From a bacterium (lineage in GTDB: Bacteria > SAR324 > NAC60-12), in assembly GCA_965209155.1 (NCBI GenBank), contig OZ242383.1, forward strand, positions 704,001 through 768,000: a DNA stretch of 64,000 nucleotides, written 5' to 3'. The notes beneath the pieces were generated by a model that did no database searches, had not been told where the DNA came from, and was given only the letters and a program-made list of their open reading frames with translations. The stretch's first letter is position 1. Every line of letters starts with the position of its first letter. Shown here in pieces: positions 1 through 10,682 of this stretch. The position numbers and the translations under genes were made by a program.

Positions 1-386
1 GGGACGCCATGGTACTTGACGGCTGAAAATTCGGGAATCCGTTGGCGCTGCATCCCTTTGTACCGCAAAAGACACTGTTCAATGACTTCGGGGGTCAAAT
101 GATCGATACCGCACTCCGCAATGACCTCACCCTCGGCATCCAGGGTTTCAGTCTGCTGACCCAGTTTCAGGGTGGCTCGATATTCTTTGTTTAATCCATT
201 GAAGAGGAAAATGAGCTTGGTCGCTTTGCCCATAAATACGGGTAAAACTCCACTTGCGAGGGGGTCCAGGGTCCCCAAGTGCCCGATTTTCCTGACGTCG
301 AACAGTTTTTTCAGCGTCTTGACTACGCCATAGGAGCTGATTCCTCGCTCCTTGTCGACATTGACAATCGTATTCAAATCAACCAT
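1..386 (-). CDS. truB: tRNA pseudouridine(55) synthase TruB, 3' end outside the window
   Basis: Manual translation from ATG at 386 gives MVDLNTIVNVDKERGISSYGVVKTLKKLFDVRKIGHLGTLDPLASGVLP (GHxGTLDP motif); start overlaps rbfA stop; canonical position after rbfA. Confidence 0.93.
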   Translation of the reverse strand, partial: MVDLNTIVNVDKERGISSYGVVKTLKKLFDVRKIGHLGTLDPLASGVLPVFMGKATKLIFLFNGLNKEYRATLKLGQQTETLDAEGEVIAECGIDHLTPEVIEQCLLRYKGMQRQRIPEFSAVKYHGV

Positions 387-736
387 TAACGAATTTCTTC
401 CTGCGATACCTGCTTGAGGAGCATATCAATTTGTCCACTGTAGTCAAATCCTTTATCATAGATGAACCTCAAGCGTGGGGTGTTTTTCGTTTTCAAGGCA
501 TGGCCCAGGATGTTGCTGAAAAAACCGGCGGCATGGTTCAGCGACAGGGTGAGTTCTTCAATTTGTTCGGGAGGATAAGCAGAAAAATAAATGTGCGCCA
601 TGGAGAGGCCCCTGACCGCTTCAACCCGGCTGATGGTTACCCGTTTAAAGCGGGGATCATTGCACTCCCTGATGAGAATTTCCGACAATTTCCGATGAAT
701 CAAAGCGTTTTGCGTGCCATTTTTTACGTTACGCAT
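386..736 (-). CDS. rbfA: Ribosome-binding factor A
   Basis: DPRFKRVTISRVE...TPRLRFIYD motifs; lies between infB and truB; start re-assigned to ATG at 736. Confidence 0.88.
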   Translation of the reverse strand: MRNVKNGTQNALIHRKLSEILIRECNDPRFKRVTISRVEAVRGLSMAHIYFSAYPPEQIEELTLSLNHAAGFFSNILGHALKTKNTPRLRFIYDKGFDYSGQIDMLLKQVSQEEIR

Positions 737-741
737 GGTTC

Positions 742-3369
742 CTACAATGTGGCAGATTCTTCTACTTGAACATAAGCCTCGATGACGTCGCCGACTTGCA
801 CTGCATGAGAATCGACCACCACTCCGCATTCATAGTTATTCAATACTTCCGAAACATCATCCTTGAAACGTTTCAGGGAAAGCAGGTCGCCTTGGTGGAC
901 GACGTCTTCTCTGCGGAAGATACGAACCAGCACATCTCGCAGCAATTTCCCTTCCGTGACGTAGCATCCCAGGATCTGACCGGATTTGTTGGCATTGAAG
1001 ATCTGGCGAACTTCGCAGCGGCCGATCACTTCATCGCGGAGCAGGGGTTTGAGCATGCCTTCCAACGCCTTTTTCGCGTCGTCGATGGCATTGTAGATCA
1101 CGTCATAGAGGCGAACGTCCACTTTCTCTCTTGAATTGACGATTTTGGCATTGACGTCGAGCAGGGTGTTGAAACCGATAATGATGGCATCCGAGGCGGA
1201 GGCCAGCAAGACGTCATTTTCGGTAATGTTGCCAATACCCGTGTGCAGGAAACGAATGGAAACCTGTTCATTGCCCAATTGGGAGAGGGAGGCCTGCAAA
1301 GCTTCAACGGAACCTTGAACGTCGGCTTTAATGAGAATTTTCAGTTCCACGTGTTCTTCTGAGGCAATGCGACTGAATAAATTTTCCAGGTGCAATTTTC
1401 GTTGCTGAGCCGCCTCGTCGTCTTTGCCTTTGGAGGCGCGATTTTCCGCAATCTGACGCGCCGTTTTTTCATCGTCCAGAACAATAAAATGTTCGCCAAT
1501 GGTTGGCGTACTATTGAAGCCCAACACTTCGGCAGGGGTGGATGGAGTGACTTTTTGGATCGCATGTCCCTTGTCGTCGAAGAGGGCGCGCACTTTACCG
1601 AAAGTATCACCAACCACGTAAAAATCGCCGACGCGCAAAGTCCCTTGTTGAATCAAAACCGTGCCCACGGGTCCCCGTCCTTTGATGATTTGGGATTCTA
1701 TGATCACTCCCCGGGAGTTTCCACCGAGCGGAGCCTTCAATTCCAGCACCTCGGCTTGCAGGTGTATCATTTCCAGCAAGTGTTCCAAACCTTCACCCGT
1801 TTTTGCCGAAGCTTTCACGAAAATGGTTTCCCCTCCCAAGTCTTCGCTGACCAAATTGTGTTCCAGTAGTCCTTGTTGAACTCGAGACGGATTTGCTTCG
1901 GGACGGTCGATTTTGTTGATGACCACGATGATGGGAACCCCGGCTGCCTGGGCATGGTGGATGGCTTCGATCGTTTGCGGTTGCACTCCATCGTCCGCAG
2001 CCACGACGAGTACGACGATATCGGTGACGTTCGCCCCCCGCGCCCGCATGGCGGTGAATGCTTCGTGCCCCGGAGTGTCCAGGAAGGTGATATCTCCCAT
2101 CGGGGTTTCTACCCGGTATGCGCCGATGTGCTGGGTGATGCCTCCCGCTTCCCCTTCCGAGACCTGGGTTTCTCGTATTTTGTCCAGTAAAGACGTTTTG
2201 CCATGATCCACGTGTCCCATGATCGTGACGATAGGGGCGCGCGCGATGAGTTCATGAACATCTTGATCAAGCTCCAGGACGTCTTCGAGATGCGCTGTTT
2301 CCAACTCCACGTCGATGCTGAATTCTGAAGCGATCAAAGCCGCAGTTTCTCCCGGGATGTTTTGATTGATGGTTGCCATCACTTCCATCGTCATCAGTTT
2401 TTTAATAATGTCTGAGGCCTTGATTCCAATTTGTCCTGCCAATTCCCCCACCGTGATGCTGGAACCGATCTTTATGCTTTTCTTCCTGGGGTTGAAAGTG
2501 TGCTTCTTTTTTTCCAGGACTTTTATTTTTTGCCGGTTGCGTCGATTCCTTTTACGCCGGGTTCGTTCCCACTGGTCTCCTTCATCTTCGGGAGGAACCA
2601 GCAGGTGGAAGCGTTTGGGAGACTTTTTAGCCCGTCCTTCGGTAATACTTTCCTCTTCCCAAGCGGAGCGTTTGTCCCGTTTGGGGTCTTTGGCGGCTGG
2701 CCTGTGAGCATCGAGGTCGATGAATTCGACCGATTTTTTCTTTTTCTCCGCAGGCGGGTGAAGCTCTGCAGGTTTCACGAGGGGAGGGGCCGGAGCGACT
2801 TCTTTTTCTTTTTCGATAGTTTCCGCAAGGGGCTTCGACTCGAGGTCTGCCTTTTCTTCGAGAGGCTCGGGTTCTGCTTTGGTTTCTACAGCCGGTTGGC
2901 TCTCGGCTACTTCCGGCTCAATTGATTTTTCAGGTTCTGCAGGTTCGACTGCAGACTTTTCGGCAAGTTCTTGCTCCTCCTCGAGAGCCACTTTTTCCAT
3001 TTCGACCGGGCTCTCTTCGAGGGGAGGAGGCGTAACGGGTTTTTCTTCCAAGGGTGGAGCTTCAGCTTCAGGAGCTTTCTTGGTTTTAATGACGCGGCGA
3101 GCTCTTCTTTCAGACGTCACTTCCATCGTTTCCGCATCGGATTCGGCAGGAATTCTTTTACGACGAATGACCTTACCCGTGCGGGCGATGGACGCATCGG
3201 AAGACACAGTTTGCTCCGGGATTTCAATCAATTTAGCCTTGATGAAAGCAATTTCTTCTTCGGTCAATCCCTTGAAGTTACTCTCCGCAACAATCCCGAA
3301 ACTCATCATCTGATGAATCAGTTGCTTGGAAGGCATGTTCAATTCTCTGGCTAATTCAAATACCCTCAT
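742..3369 (-). CDS. infB: Translation initiation factor IF-2
   Basis: [11 protein letters not shown]-terminus, [17 protein letters not shown] and NKID GTPase motifs. Confidence 0.98.
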   Translation of the reverse strand: MRVFELARELNMPSKQLIHQMMSFGIVAESNFKGLTEEEIAFIKAKLIEIPEQTVSSDASIARTGKVIRRKRIPAESDAETMEVTSERRARRVIKTKKAPEAEAPPLEEKPVTPPPLEESPVEMEKVALEEEQELAEKSAVEPAEPEKSIEPEVAESQPAVETKAEPEPLEEKADLESKPLAETIEKEKEVAPAPPLVKPAELHPPAEKKKKSVEFIDLDAHRPAAKDPKRDKRSAWEEESITEGRAKKSPKRFHLLVPPEDEGDQWERTRRKRNRRNRQKIKVLEKKKHTFNPRKKSIKIGSSITVGELAGQIGIKASDIIKKLMTMEVMATINQNIPGETAALIASEFSIDVELETAHLEDVLELDQDVHELIARAPIVTIMGHVDHGKTSLLDKIRETQVSEGEAGGITQHIGAYRVETPMGDITFLDTPGHEAFTAMRARGANVTDIVVLVVAADDGVQPQTIEAIHHAQAAGVPIIVVINKIDRPEANPSRVQQGLLEHNLVSEDLGGETIFVKASAKTGEGLEHLLEMIHLQAEVLELKAPLGGNSRGVIIESQIIKGRGPVGTVLIQQGTLRVGDFYVVGDTFGKVRALFDDKGHAIQKVTPSTPAEVLGFNSTPTIGEHFIVLDDEKTARQIAENRASKGKDDEAAQQRKLHLENLFSRIASEEHVELKILIKADVQGSVEALQASLSQLGNEQVSIRFLHTGIGNITENDVLLASASDAIIIGFNTLLDVNAKIVNSREKVDVRLYDVIYNAIDDAKKALEGMLKPLLRDEVIGRCEVRQIFNANKSGQILGCYVTEGKLLRDVLVRIFRREDVVHQGDLLSLKRFKDDVSEVLNNYECGVVVDSHAVQVGDVIEAYVQVEESATL

Positions 3370-3375
3370 CTTCTG

Positions 3376-4734
3376 TCATATTCCTTTCCCGTTAAACTCA
3401 TTTGGAGAGGATTCGCTCTCTTGTTTTTCTGCCGTCACAGGATCTTCTTCTGTCTGGAATTCCGACTGGTTCATCGTTCCGACCTCTTCTGATACCTGAT
3501 CGTCGCTTGATAGTACAGTAGTTTTTGAAGGTGGGTCGTCATGCGGAGCACTTTCCTCGGAGGAGACTGCTTCACCAGCCGTTGCGGATTCCGCTTCATT
3601 TCCGGAAGCTCCTTCTTCCAACAGAGCATTTCCCTCACTGGAACGTTCTTTTTCCAATTCCAGGGCAATTTGATCTTCGATGGAAATCGAGGGCCCCTCG
3701 TCCAGTGAGGATACGTTGATTTTATAACCGAGCAATTTGGACGCCAATCGCACGTTTTGCCCTTTTTTTCCGATTGCCAGAGAAAGTTGGTCCTGATCGA
3801 CCCAAATATTGATTTCCCGTTGTTCTTCATCGATTCCCATGCGCGCAATTTCCGCAGGCGCCATCGCGTAGGCGAGATAGGTGGGCAAATCTTCGCTCCA
3901 CCGGACAATGTCGATTTTTTCTCCGCGCAACTCGTTGACGATCGATTGCACGCGACTGCCGCGCAATCCCACGCACGCGCCCACCGGATCGATATCACCG
4001 TCCGTGGTATACACCGCGACTTTAGCGCGCCTTCCAGGCTCACGGGAGGCATTGACCACTTCGACAATGCCGTCGTATACTTCCGGAACTTCCATCTCGA
4101 ACAATTTCATTAAAAAGCCAGGGTGGGTTCTGGAAATCATCAGTTGGGAAGGATATTTGGGATCATTGGAAACATCCATCAGGAAAACGCGAATATGATC
4201 TCCTTGATCAAACCGTTCGCCCGGGATCTGTTCTCTCCTGAAAAGGTAAGCTTCCGTCCGGTTGAAATTGATCGCAATATGTCCACCATGTTCGGTTCGA
4301 ATCACCGTTCCTGTCAGGATTTCTCCCTTGCGTTCGCTGAAGGTCGTGAAAATTATTTCCCGTTCGGCGTCCTTGATCTTTTTGAAGATGAACTGACGAG
4401 TGGTTTGGGCGATGCGATTGAATTCTCTGGCATCGATTTCATATTCGACTTCGTCTCCTTCTTCGGCCGATTCATCCATGGCCAGGGCTTCTTCCAGGGA
4501 GATTTCATTTTCCGGATCGATTGCGAATTGCGCCACCTTTTTGTATTGGAACAATTCTATCTCTCCCGTCTTCGGGTTCAATTCGGCTTCAATCGAATCG
4601 TATTTCGTCAACTTTTTACGCGCTGCCGCGGCAACAGCTTCTTCGACGATTTGAACAAGATCCCCCCGGTCCATGCCTTTTTCTTGCGCCAGGTCATTGA
4701 TCGCGTCCATTAAATTTTCTTTCACTGCAGCCAT
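3376..4734 (-). CDS. nusA: Transcription termination/antitermination factor NusA with acidic C-terminal tail
   Basis: S1/KH motifs (SRTHP, REPGRRAKVAV, DPVGACVG, AIGKKGQNVRLA). Confidence 0.97.
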   Translation of the reverse strand: MAAVKENLMDAINDLAQEKGMDRGDLVQIVEEAVAAAARKKLTKYDSIEAELNPKTGEIELFQYKKVAQFAIDPENEISLEEALAMDESAEEGDEVEYEIDAREFNRIAQTTRQFIFKKIKDAEREIIFTTFSERKGEILTGTVIRTEHGGHIAINFNRTEAYLFRREQIPGERFDQGDHIRVFLMDVSNDPKYPSQLMISRTHPGFLMKLFEMEVPEVYDGIVEVVNASREPGRRAKVAVYTTDGDIDPVGACVGLRGSRVQSIVNELRGEKIDIVRWSEDLPTYLAYAMAPAEIARMGIDEEQREINIWVDQDQLSLAIGKKGQNVRLASKLLGYKINVSSLDEGPSISIEDQIALELEKERSSEGNALLEEGASGNEAESATAGEAVSSEESAPHDDPPSKTTVLSSDDQVSEEVGTMNQSEFQTEEDPVTAEKQESESSPNEFNGKGI

Positions 4735-4754
4735 ATTGGAGTTCCTGAGAGAAA

Positions 4755-5201
4755 TTATTTGATTCGCGCCTTGGCTACTTGCTGATACGTCAATTGCAGG
4801 CGCTCTCCATTTTCCGGAAGTAGTTCAAAACCTTCGGATGTTGCTGAAAGCAGCCGTCCGGTGAACTTTTTACGGTCCAGAACAGGCTCTGTGAGCGTGA
4901 TTTGAATGGTTTCCCCGACAAATCTTTTAAAATGATCCGCTTTTTTAAGTGAACGAAAAATACCTGGAGAAGAAACTTCGAGAGTGTATTTTTGCCTGAT
5001 GAAATCATTCGTTGCTAAAATGGGATCGACGATACGATTCACTGAGACGCAGTCATCCAGAGTGACTCCACGAGGATGATCTATGTACAAACGCAGCACC
5101 CAATGGCTCCTTTCTCTTCGAAACTCGAGATCCCACAACTCATAACCCGCCTCTTCGATGGGAGATTCGAGAAATTTTGCGATCTGCCCGGCATCGGTCA
5201 T
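4755..5201 (-). CDS. rimP: Ribosome maturation factor RimP
   Basis: LRLYID..GVTLDDC and YTLEVSSPG motifs; upstream of nusA. Confidence 0.95.
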   Translation of the reverse strand: MTDAGQIAKFLESPIEEAGYELWDLEFRRERSHWVLRLYIDHPRGVTLDDCVSVNRIVDPILATNDFIRQKYTLEVSSPGIFRSLKKADHFKRFVGETIQITLTEPVLDRKKFTGRLLSATSEGFELLPENGERLQLTYQQVAKARIK

Positions 5202-5500
5202 CCTTCAATCTCTTCGCTTCCATAGTTCGGATAGTCGACAGTCAATCCGTTCTTTCCATTGCTTTGAGGCGAAATGCATAAGCAAAAGCTTTTCTCGAGA
5301 GCGTGAAGAGGTCAAGTCGGTACTCTTGCGCCTTCCGTAGGATGGAAATTAAACCCTGAGGATATCATTTGAAATAATATTTGTCGATTTTTTTTTAATT
5401 CTTCATGAAATCCGGGAATATGCGTGAAAATTATTAACTCATGTTGAGTGTATGGAACATGCGGGAGATCTATTTTATTCCAGAAGCTCTTAAAATAGAA

Positions 5501-5553
5501 GGCACAAAGGCACAAAGGCGCAAAGGCACAAAGGCGCAAAGGCACAAAGGCAC
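5501..5553 (+). repeat. 8-bp tandem array GGC(A/G)CAAA, ~6.6 copies
   Basis: Directly visible; the same unit occurs at 12410-12451 (+) and 12728-12752 (-). Confidence 0.9.
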
Positions 5554-5566
5554 TGTGGTTTTTATT

Positions 5567-5640
5567 TTACTCTACTTTTCTAATCAGGCTCCCAAGCATT
5601 CGTTCAATCTCCCCTGTCTTTTCACTTATTTTTCAAAGTC
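5567..5640 (-). pseudogene. 3' remnant of a four-helix-bundle (IVS/S23-like) protein gene
   Basis: Reads ...SEKTGEIERMLGSLIRKVE*; homologous to 12613-12690. Confidence 0.55.
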
Positions 5641-5765
5641 ATGATGGGGAACAAATCCCGGATGGGAAGCAATCTCCAATTGGGTTTGTCGTGCATATTA
5701 TGATCCATTGGCGATCTGCAAAAAGCGAAAAATTATGGATCGAGGTTGGTGGAAAAGCAGGGCGA

Positions 5766-7814
5766 TCAGGTCTGGAGTGAATCCAGGATCAGTTCCGAGA
5801 TGTCCTTACTTTGGATTTTTTCTTCATTACCGGTTGCGACGATACCATCCTGGATCATGGTCATGCAAAAAGGACATCCCGTGGCGATCGTGGTGGCACC
5901 AATTTCAGCTGCCTGGGTGACGCGTTCTTCGTTAACGCGAGTGCCGATGTTCTCTTCCAACCACATGCGCGCCCCTCCGGCCCCACAGCAAAAACTTTCA
6001 TTCCGACTGCGAGACATTTCCAGCTTTTTTTCTCGAGTGACCGCGTCGATCAAGCGGCGGGGCGCCTCATATTCTTTGTTATAACGTCCCAAATAACAAG
6101 GATCGTGGAACGTGACTTTTCCTTTGATTTCGGGATGCACGTGCAGTTTCCCCTCTTCGAGCAATTGGGCGATGAATTGAGAATGGTGATAAACCTCGTA
6201 TTTCCCTTCCAATTGAGGGTATTCGTTTTTCAGCGCATTGAGGCAATGCGGACATTGCGTGACCACCTTTTTGATTTTGTATTTATTTAATCTTTCAACG
6301 TTTTCACCGGCCAGCACCTGGTAAAGCATTTCATTTCCGGAGCGTCGAGCCAGATCGCCGGTGCATTTTTCTTCACTACCCAAAATTGCGAATTTTATGT
6401 TGGCTTTTTGTAATATCCTGGCAAGTGCCCTGGCTACTTTTTGATTGCGATCATCAAACGAACCTGCGCATCCGACCCACATCAGTACGTCGACCTGCCC
6501 GGTGTTCGTGTCGGACAATTGCGGAATATTCAAATCCTTCGCCCAATGCGCGCGTTGATCGTAACCAATTCCCCAGGGATTGGCATTGCGTTCCATTCCT
6601 TTGTAGGCCGTGTTGATTTCAACGGGATGCGCTTCAAAAAGCATATTTTGCGCTTGTCTCATGGCAATGATGCGAGGGACGTGTTCGATACCGACCGGGC
6701 ATACTTCTTCACAGGCCCGGCATGTGGTACAGGCCCACAAGGTATCCGGGTGGATAACGTCTCCTACCAATTGCTTGCGACCACTGCTTTTCTTATGCTT
6801 TTTGAGGTATGGGATTTCTTCTTCCAAATGATTTTTCAAGCTGTCGTTCATGTCCTTCAAAGTCAAGGGCTTGAAGGTAACATAGGTGGGGCAAATCGAT
6901 TTACAGCGACCACATTCGGTGCAGGTGTATAAATCAAGAACCTGTTTCCAGGAAAGATGTTCGATGCGGGTCATGCCGAGACTTTCGTTTTCCCATACTT
7001 CTTCATTTTCACAATCCAATAATGCGACCGGAGTGTGTGGATAATCCAGGGAGCCAAAAAAAACATTGGGAAGGGCGGTGATCACGTGCATGTGTTTGGA
7101 AGCGGGAAGGATGGGTAAAAACGTCAGGAGTACGCTGACATGGGTCCAATATGCGAAGTAGTAAATACCCCATGTTACGGTTTCACTCGATCCCGGGAGA
7201 ATTTTGCTGACCAAAAAGGCCAGCGGAGCCCAGGTCATTTCATTGCCGTAGATCGGACTGTGGAGGTAGTCCAATTCTACCAGGTGAAGCGTAATCAGGT
7301 TGAACCTGGCCGCATCATAAAGTAGATCAGTGACCATCAAAGCGCCGATCAACCCCAATATCAGAAAGGCTTCAATGCTGTTGGAAAGACGGACGGGTCT
7401 GAGCAAGATCCGGCGGTAAAGGGCGAAAAGCACCATACACAGGACGATGCCTTCAAAAATATCTTTGAGCAGGGTGTATACATAGCCAAAGAGGGCTTCC
7501 GAATGTAAGAGTGGAAGCAGGTTTTGAAATCCTGGCGTGAAACCCTCTCCTAGAAGAATCAATGAACGTAAGCCAAGGACGAGGAATCCCCAGAAAATGA
7601 AACTGTGCATGGCCCCCGAAGCGCGTTCGCGCTTTCGCCCGATGAGACGACGCTGTCGAAAGCCGAGATCGAACATCTGTCTGATTCGTTCGGGTATGCG
7701 ATCGAATCGATTTTCCGGGGCGACGAGCAGCAAGACGTTGACCTTTATAAAGACAAAGTAGCTGAAGGTTGCCAGGGAAAGAACCAACATCAGACTGATC
7801 AAAATCGGATTCAT
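5766..7814 (-). CDS. Membrane-bound Fe-S oxidoreductase (FadF/HdrD-like; TM domain + 4Fe-4S + CCG domains), probable ETF:quinone oxidoreductase
   Basis: N-terminal TM helices, CTECGRC..CP and CTTCRACEEVCP motifs, CCG domains (FHDPCYLGR, CCGAGG, CPFC); downstream of etfBA. Confidence 0.88.
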   Translation of the reverse strand: MNPILISLMLVLSLATFSYFVFIKVNVLLLVAPENRFDRIPERIRQMFDLGFRQRRLIGRKRERASGAMHSFIFWGFLVLGLRSLILLGEGFTPGFQNLLPLLHSEALFGYVYTLLKDIFEGIVLCMVLFALYRRILLRPVRLSNSIEAFLILGLIGALMVTDLLYDAARFNLITLHLVELDYLHSPIYGNEMTWAPLAFLVSKILPGSSETVTWGIYYFAYWTHVSVLLTFLPILPASKHMHVITALPNVFFGSLDYPHTPVALLDCENEEVWENESLGMTRIEHLSWKQVLDLYTCTECGRCKSICPTYVTFKPLTLKDMNDSLKNHLEEEIPYLKKHKKSSGRKQLVGDVIHPDTLWACTTCRACEEVCPVGIEHVPRIIAMRQAQNMLFEAHPVEINTAYKGMERNANPWGIGYDQRAHWAKDLNIPQLSDTNTGQVDVLMWVGCAGSFDDRNQKVARALARILQKANIKFAILGSEEKCTGDLARRSGNEMLYQVLAGENVERLNKYKIKKVVTQCPHCLNALKNEYPQLEGKYEVYHHSQFIAQLLEEGKLHVHPEIKGKVTFHDPCYLGRYNKEYEAPRRLIDAVTREKKLEMSRSRNESFCCGAGGARMWLEENIGTRVNEERVTQAAEIGATTIATGCPFCMTMIQDGIVATGNEEKIQSKDISELILDSLQT

Positions 7815-7861
7815 GCTTGTTTCTCCTCCAAGGGCATGTGGATATACCTTTTCAAAAAAAT

Positions 7862-8827
7862 TCAGGCGGCTTTCATTTTTTGAATTTTTTCAATCAAGAG
7901 GGGCACGACCTTGAACAAGTCGCCGACAATACCGTAATCAGCGACTTTGAAAATAGGAGCATCGGGATCTTTATTGACGGCGACAATCAGTTTGGAACCA
8001 CTCATACCAGCCAAATGTTGGATAGCCCCCGAGATGCCAATGGCAAAATAGACGTCCGGGGTTACCACCTTGCCGGTTTGACCCACTTGGGCGGTATGGG
8101 GCATCCACCCTGCATCGCAAACGGCCCTGGAAGAACCGAATGCCGCTCCCAGGGCATGAGACAAAGGACGGACCAATTCGACCCCCTCGGGTCCTTTTAC
8201 GCCACGGCCAACCGAAACGACAATACGCGCTTCCTGTAAGTCGATCTCCCCGGTACTTTCAGCGACCACTTCCTTCACCAAAACCCGCAGGTCCTGCGCA
8301 GGTAATGAAAGTCGAACCACATCCGCAGGGGCTCTTTCCGCAGGAACCACGTCAAACGCGCCAGGGCGAATGCTCAGGACCCGGATTCCCTGGTGGGTGA
8401 AAGTGCATTCCTGCATGACTTTGCTTGCCATGCAAGGACGCTTCGTGATCAATGCTTCCCCATCGAGTTTTAAGTCAATGTTGTCGGAAAGGGCACCCAC
8501 CCCCAGTCGAGCCGCAATGCGTGGAGTGAGGTCTCTTCCCGATTCCGAAGCGCTGAGCCATACCTGCGAAGCAGCAGATTGCTCGAGGGCGTCTACGACG
8601 AGAGCAGTGTAAGTGGCCGTGTTATAAAGAGCCAGGGAAGCGTCATCGGCAAGATAAACTTTTCGAGCGCCATGTCCTGCCAGCATTTCCGCTTGTTCAC
8701 TGAGGCCATCGCCTATCAGAACCGCCTCGCATTCGAGATTCAAACTTTTTGAGTATGAAAGCAATTCCAAAGTTGGTTTTTTGATTTCGTTTCCCTTCAC
8801 TTCGGCCACTACCAGTATTTTTGTCAT
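7862..8827 (-). CDS. etfA: Electron transfer flavoprotein alpha subunit
   Basis: [31 protein letters not shown] motifs. Confidence 0.96.
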   Translation of the reverse strand: MTKILVVAEVKGNEIKKPTLELLSYSKSLNLECEAVLIGDGLSEQAEMLAGHGARKVYLADDASLALYNTATYTALVVDALEQSAASQVWLSASESGRDLTPRIAARLGVGALSDNIDLKLDGEALITKRPCMASKVMQECTFTHQGIRVLSIRPGAFDVVPAERAPADVVRLSLPAQDLRVLVKEVVAESTGEIDLQEARIVVSVGRGVKGPEGVELVRPLSHALGAAFGSSRAVCDAGWMPHTAQVGQTGKVVTPDVYFAIGISGAIQHLAGMSGSKLIVAVNKDPDAPIFKVADYGIVGDLFKVVPLLIEKIQKMKAA

Positions 8828-8886
8828 TCGTTCATTTCTCGATGAAAAGTTCGGATATTAAGGGAATTTATGGTTGTTCGTATTGC

Positions 8887-9675
8887 TCATGAAAATATTT
8901 TTGCTTCATTGACAAGAAGATCCAGGACTTGTTGGGTCGTTTCTTCTTCGTTGCCTTCAAACTTTTGCCCGGCTTTCCTTGCTTCCGGTTCCAGAAAACG
9001 GACAATTCGGGTGTGCCTTCCTGCTTTTCCGATTTCATTCGCATCGATTCCAATGGCGGCAAGATCCAGGGTATCCATGGGTTTCTTCTTAGCCTGCATG
9101 ATACCTCTCAAAGAGGCTAAACGAGGTTCGAAGAGACTGTCGTTGACGGTAACGACGGCAGGGAGGGAGAGTTCGATCACTTCGTTGCCATGATCTCCTT
9201 TGCGCTGCAAAAGCAGTTTGTCGGATGCTATTTGCTCGACTTTGACGATATTGCTCACCTGCGGAAGATCAAGAAATTCGGCCAACATCGAAGGGGTCAG
9301 ACCAGCATCGGTATCCTGGGATTGTTTCCCTGCCAGCACGAGGTCGTAACTTCGTCCTGCTAAAATTCCGGCCAATCCCCGGGCATATGCGAAAGAGTCT
9401 GAACCGTCAAACGCCGGGTCCAGCACGTGAATGGCTTTATCCGCGCCCATCGCCAGTCCTTTACGTAAAGCATCGGATGCGCGTTGGGGTCCGATAGTGA
9501 GCAGGGTGACTTCCCCGCTCCCCGCGTTTTCGACCATTTGTAATGCCGCTTCGATCGCCACTTCATCCCAACCGCTGATGACATAGTTGAGACCTTCTTT
9601 AACGAGGGCTTCATTCAAAACGCGTAGATTCAATTCGACGTCTACCACCTGTTTGATCAATACGATTATATTCAA
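8887..9675 (-). CDS. etfB: Electron transfer flavoprotein beta subunit
   Basis: IVLIKQV, LAMGADKAIHV, GKQSQD, EPRLASLRGIMQAKKK motifs. Confidence 0.95.
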   Translation of the reverse strand: MNIIVLIKQVVDVELNLRVLNEALVKEGLNYVISGWDEVAIEAALQMVENAGSGEVTLLTIGPQRASDALRKGLAMGADKAIHVLDPAFDGSDSFAYARGLAGILAGRSYDLVLAGKQSQDTDAGLTPSMLAEFLDLPQVSNIVKVEQIASDKLLLQRKGDHGNEVIELSLPAVVTVNDSLFEPRLASLRGIMQAKKKPMDTLDLAAIGIDANEIGKAGRHTRIVRFLEPEARKAGQKFEGNEEETTQQVLDLLVNEAKIFS

Positions 9676-9791
9676 AATATTCTCCTTCGGCTCAGGGGGA
9701 ATGATGTTACGGCGTGGCTCAAGAAGTCAATCGGCGCGACCTGCTTCCATTCGTGGCAATCTTATGCATTGTAATGGGCTTTAGCAAGATA

Positions 9792-10670
9792 TTAGTAGGA
9801 ATCGTGAAGAGGGGAAAGCGGCATGATTTTGGATATCAATTCTCCCTTGTCGTTTTTTTCCAGAACATGAATGGAAGAAACGTTATACGCTTTCAGAAAT
9901 TGATGAAGTCGATCAAAATTCAGTCCGACTTCTTCAGGATGATGAGAATCGTCTCCCAGGGTGATTTTTCCTCCCATGTTGAGAAGAGTTTGAAGAATTT
10001 TGCCTTGAGGATAGGGGGCGTTTAAATTTTTCTTGAATGCTCGAGCATTGATTTCAAAGAGGGCGTTATAGGAAATTCCATAAGCCAGATTTCTTTTGAT
10101 TTTGTCCCAGATTTTTTCGGAAAGGGGGAAATCGGGTTCATAGAGACGGATAAGGTCAAAGTGACCGATAACCTGGGGCTGGAATTTCCGCATCAATTGC
10201 CATTGAGCGTCATAATAGTCAAGATATACCGCTTCCGTACCCCCTGACATTTGTTTCAACCTTTCATACTGCGGACGGCTGTAATCATAAGGAATTCCGC
10301 GAACGTGATGGACGGAACCCACCAGGTAATCCGGCGAATAGCGTGTACGCAACCGTTCGATTTGAGTGAAGCTGTCCTCCGTCATTTCGGTTTCCATTCC
10401 CACCAGGATCTGCAGCTGTTGCTTATATTTATGTTGTAAATGACGGGCTTCCCGGATATACATGGCAAACTTCCGTTCGAGCTGCTCGGGGGTGCGACGT
10501 CGTTGGAGTTCTTCCGGATAGAGGTCCTCCATCCGGGCTCGTGGCATATGTTCGGAAAGGCCATAGTGCGTGAATCCGCGTGCGATTGCCTGACAGATCA
10601 CATCCTCCAGTTTGCCTCCCGCATGATCACAATAGTCTCCGCTATGTCCACCATGAAACGAAACGGTCAT
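9792..10670 (-). CDS. PHP-family histidinol-phosphatase (HisJ-like)
   Basis: HGGHSGDYCDHA, LSEHMPR, GSVHH, GHFDLI, GDDSHHP motifs; start re-assigned to ATG at 10670. Confidence 0.85.
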   Translation of the reverse strand: MTVSFHGGHSGDYCDHAGGKLEDVICQAIARGFTHYGLSEHMPRARMEDLYPEELQRRRTPEQLERKFAMYIREARHLQHKYKQQLQILVGMETEMTEDSFTQIERLRTRYSPDYLVGSVHHVRGIPYDYSRPQYERLKQMSGGTEAVYLDYYDAQWQLMRKFQPQVIGHFDLIRLYEPDFPLSEKIWDKIKRNLAYGISYNALFEINARAFKKNLNAPYPQGKILQTLLNMGGKITLGDDSHHPEEVGLNFDRLHQFLKAYNVSSIHVLEKNDKGELISKIMPLSPLHDSY

Positions 10671-10682
10671 TGGTTTCCTCGC

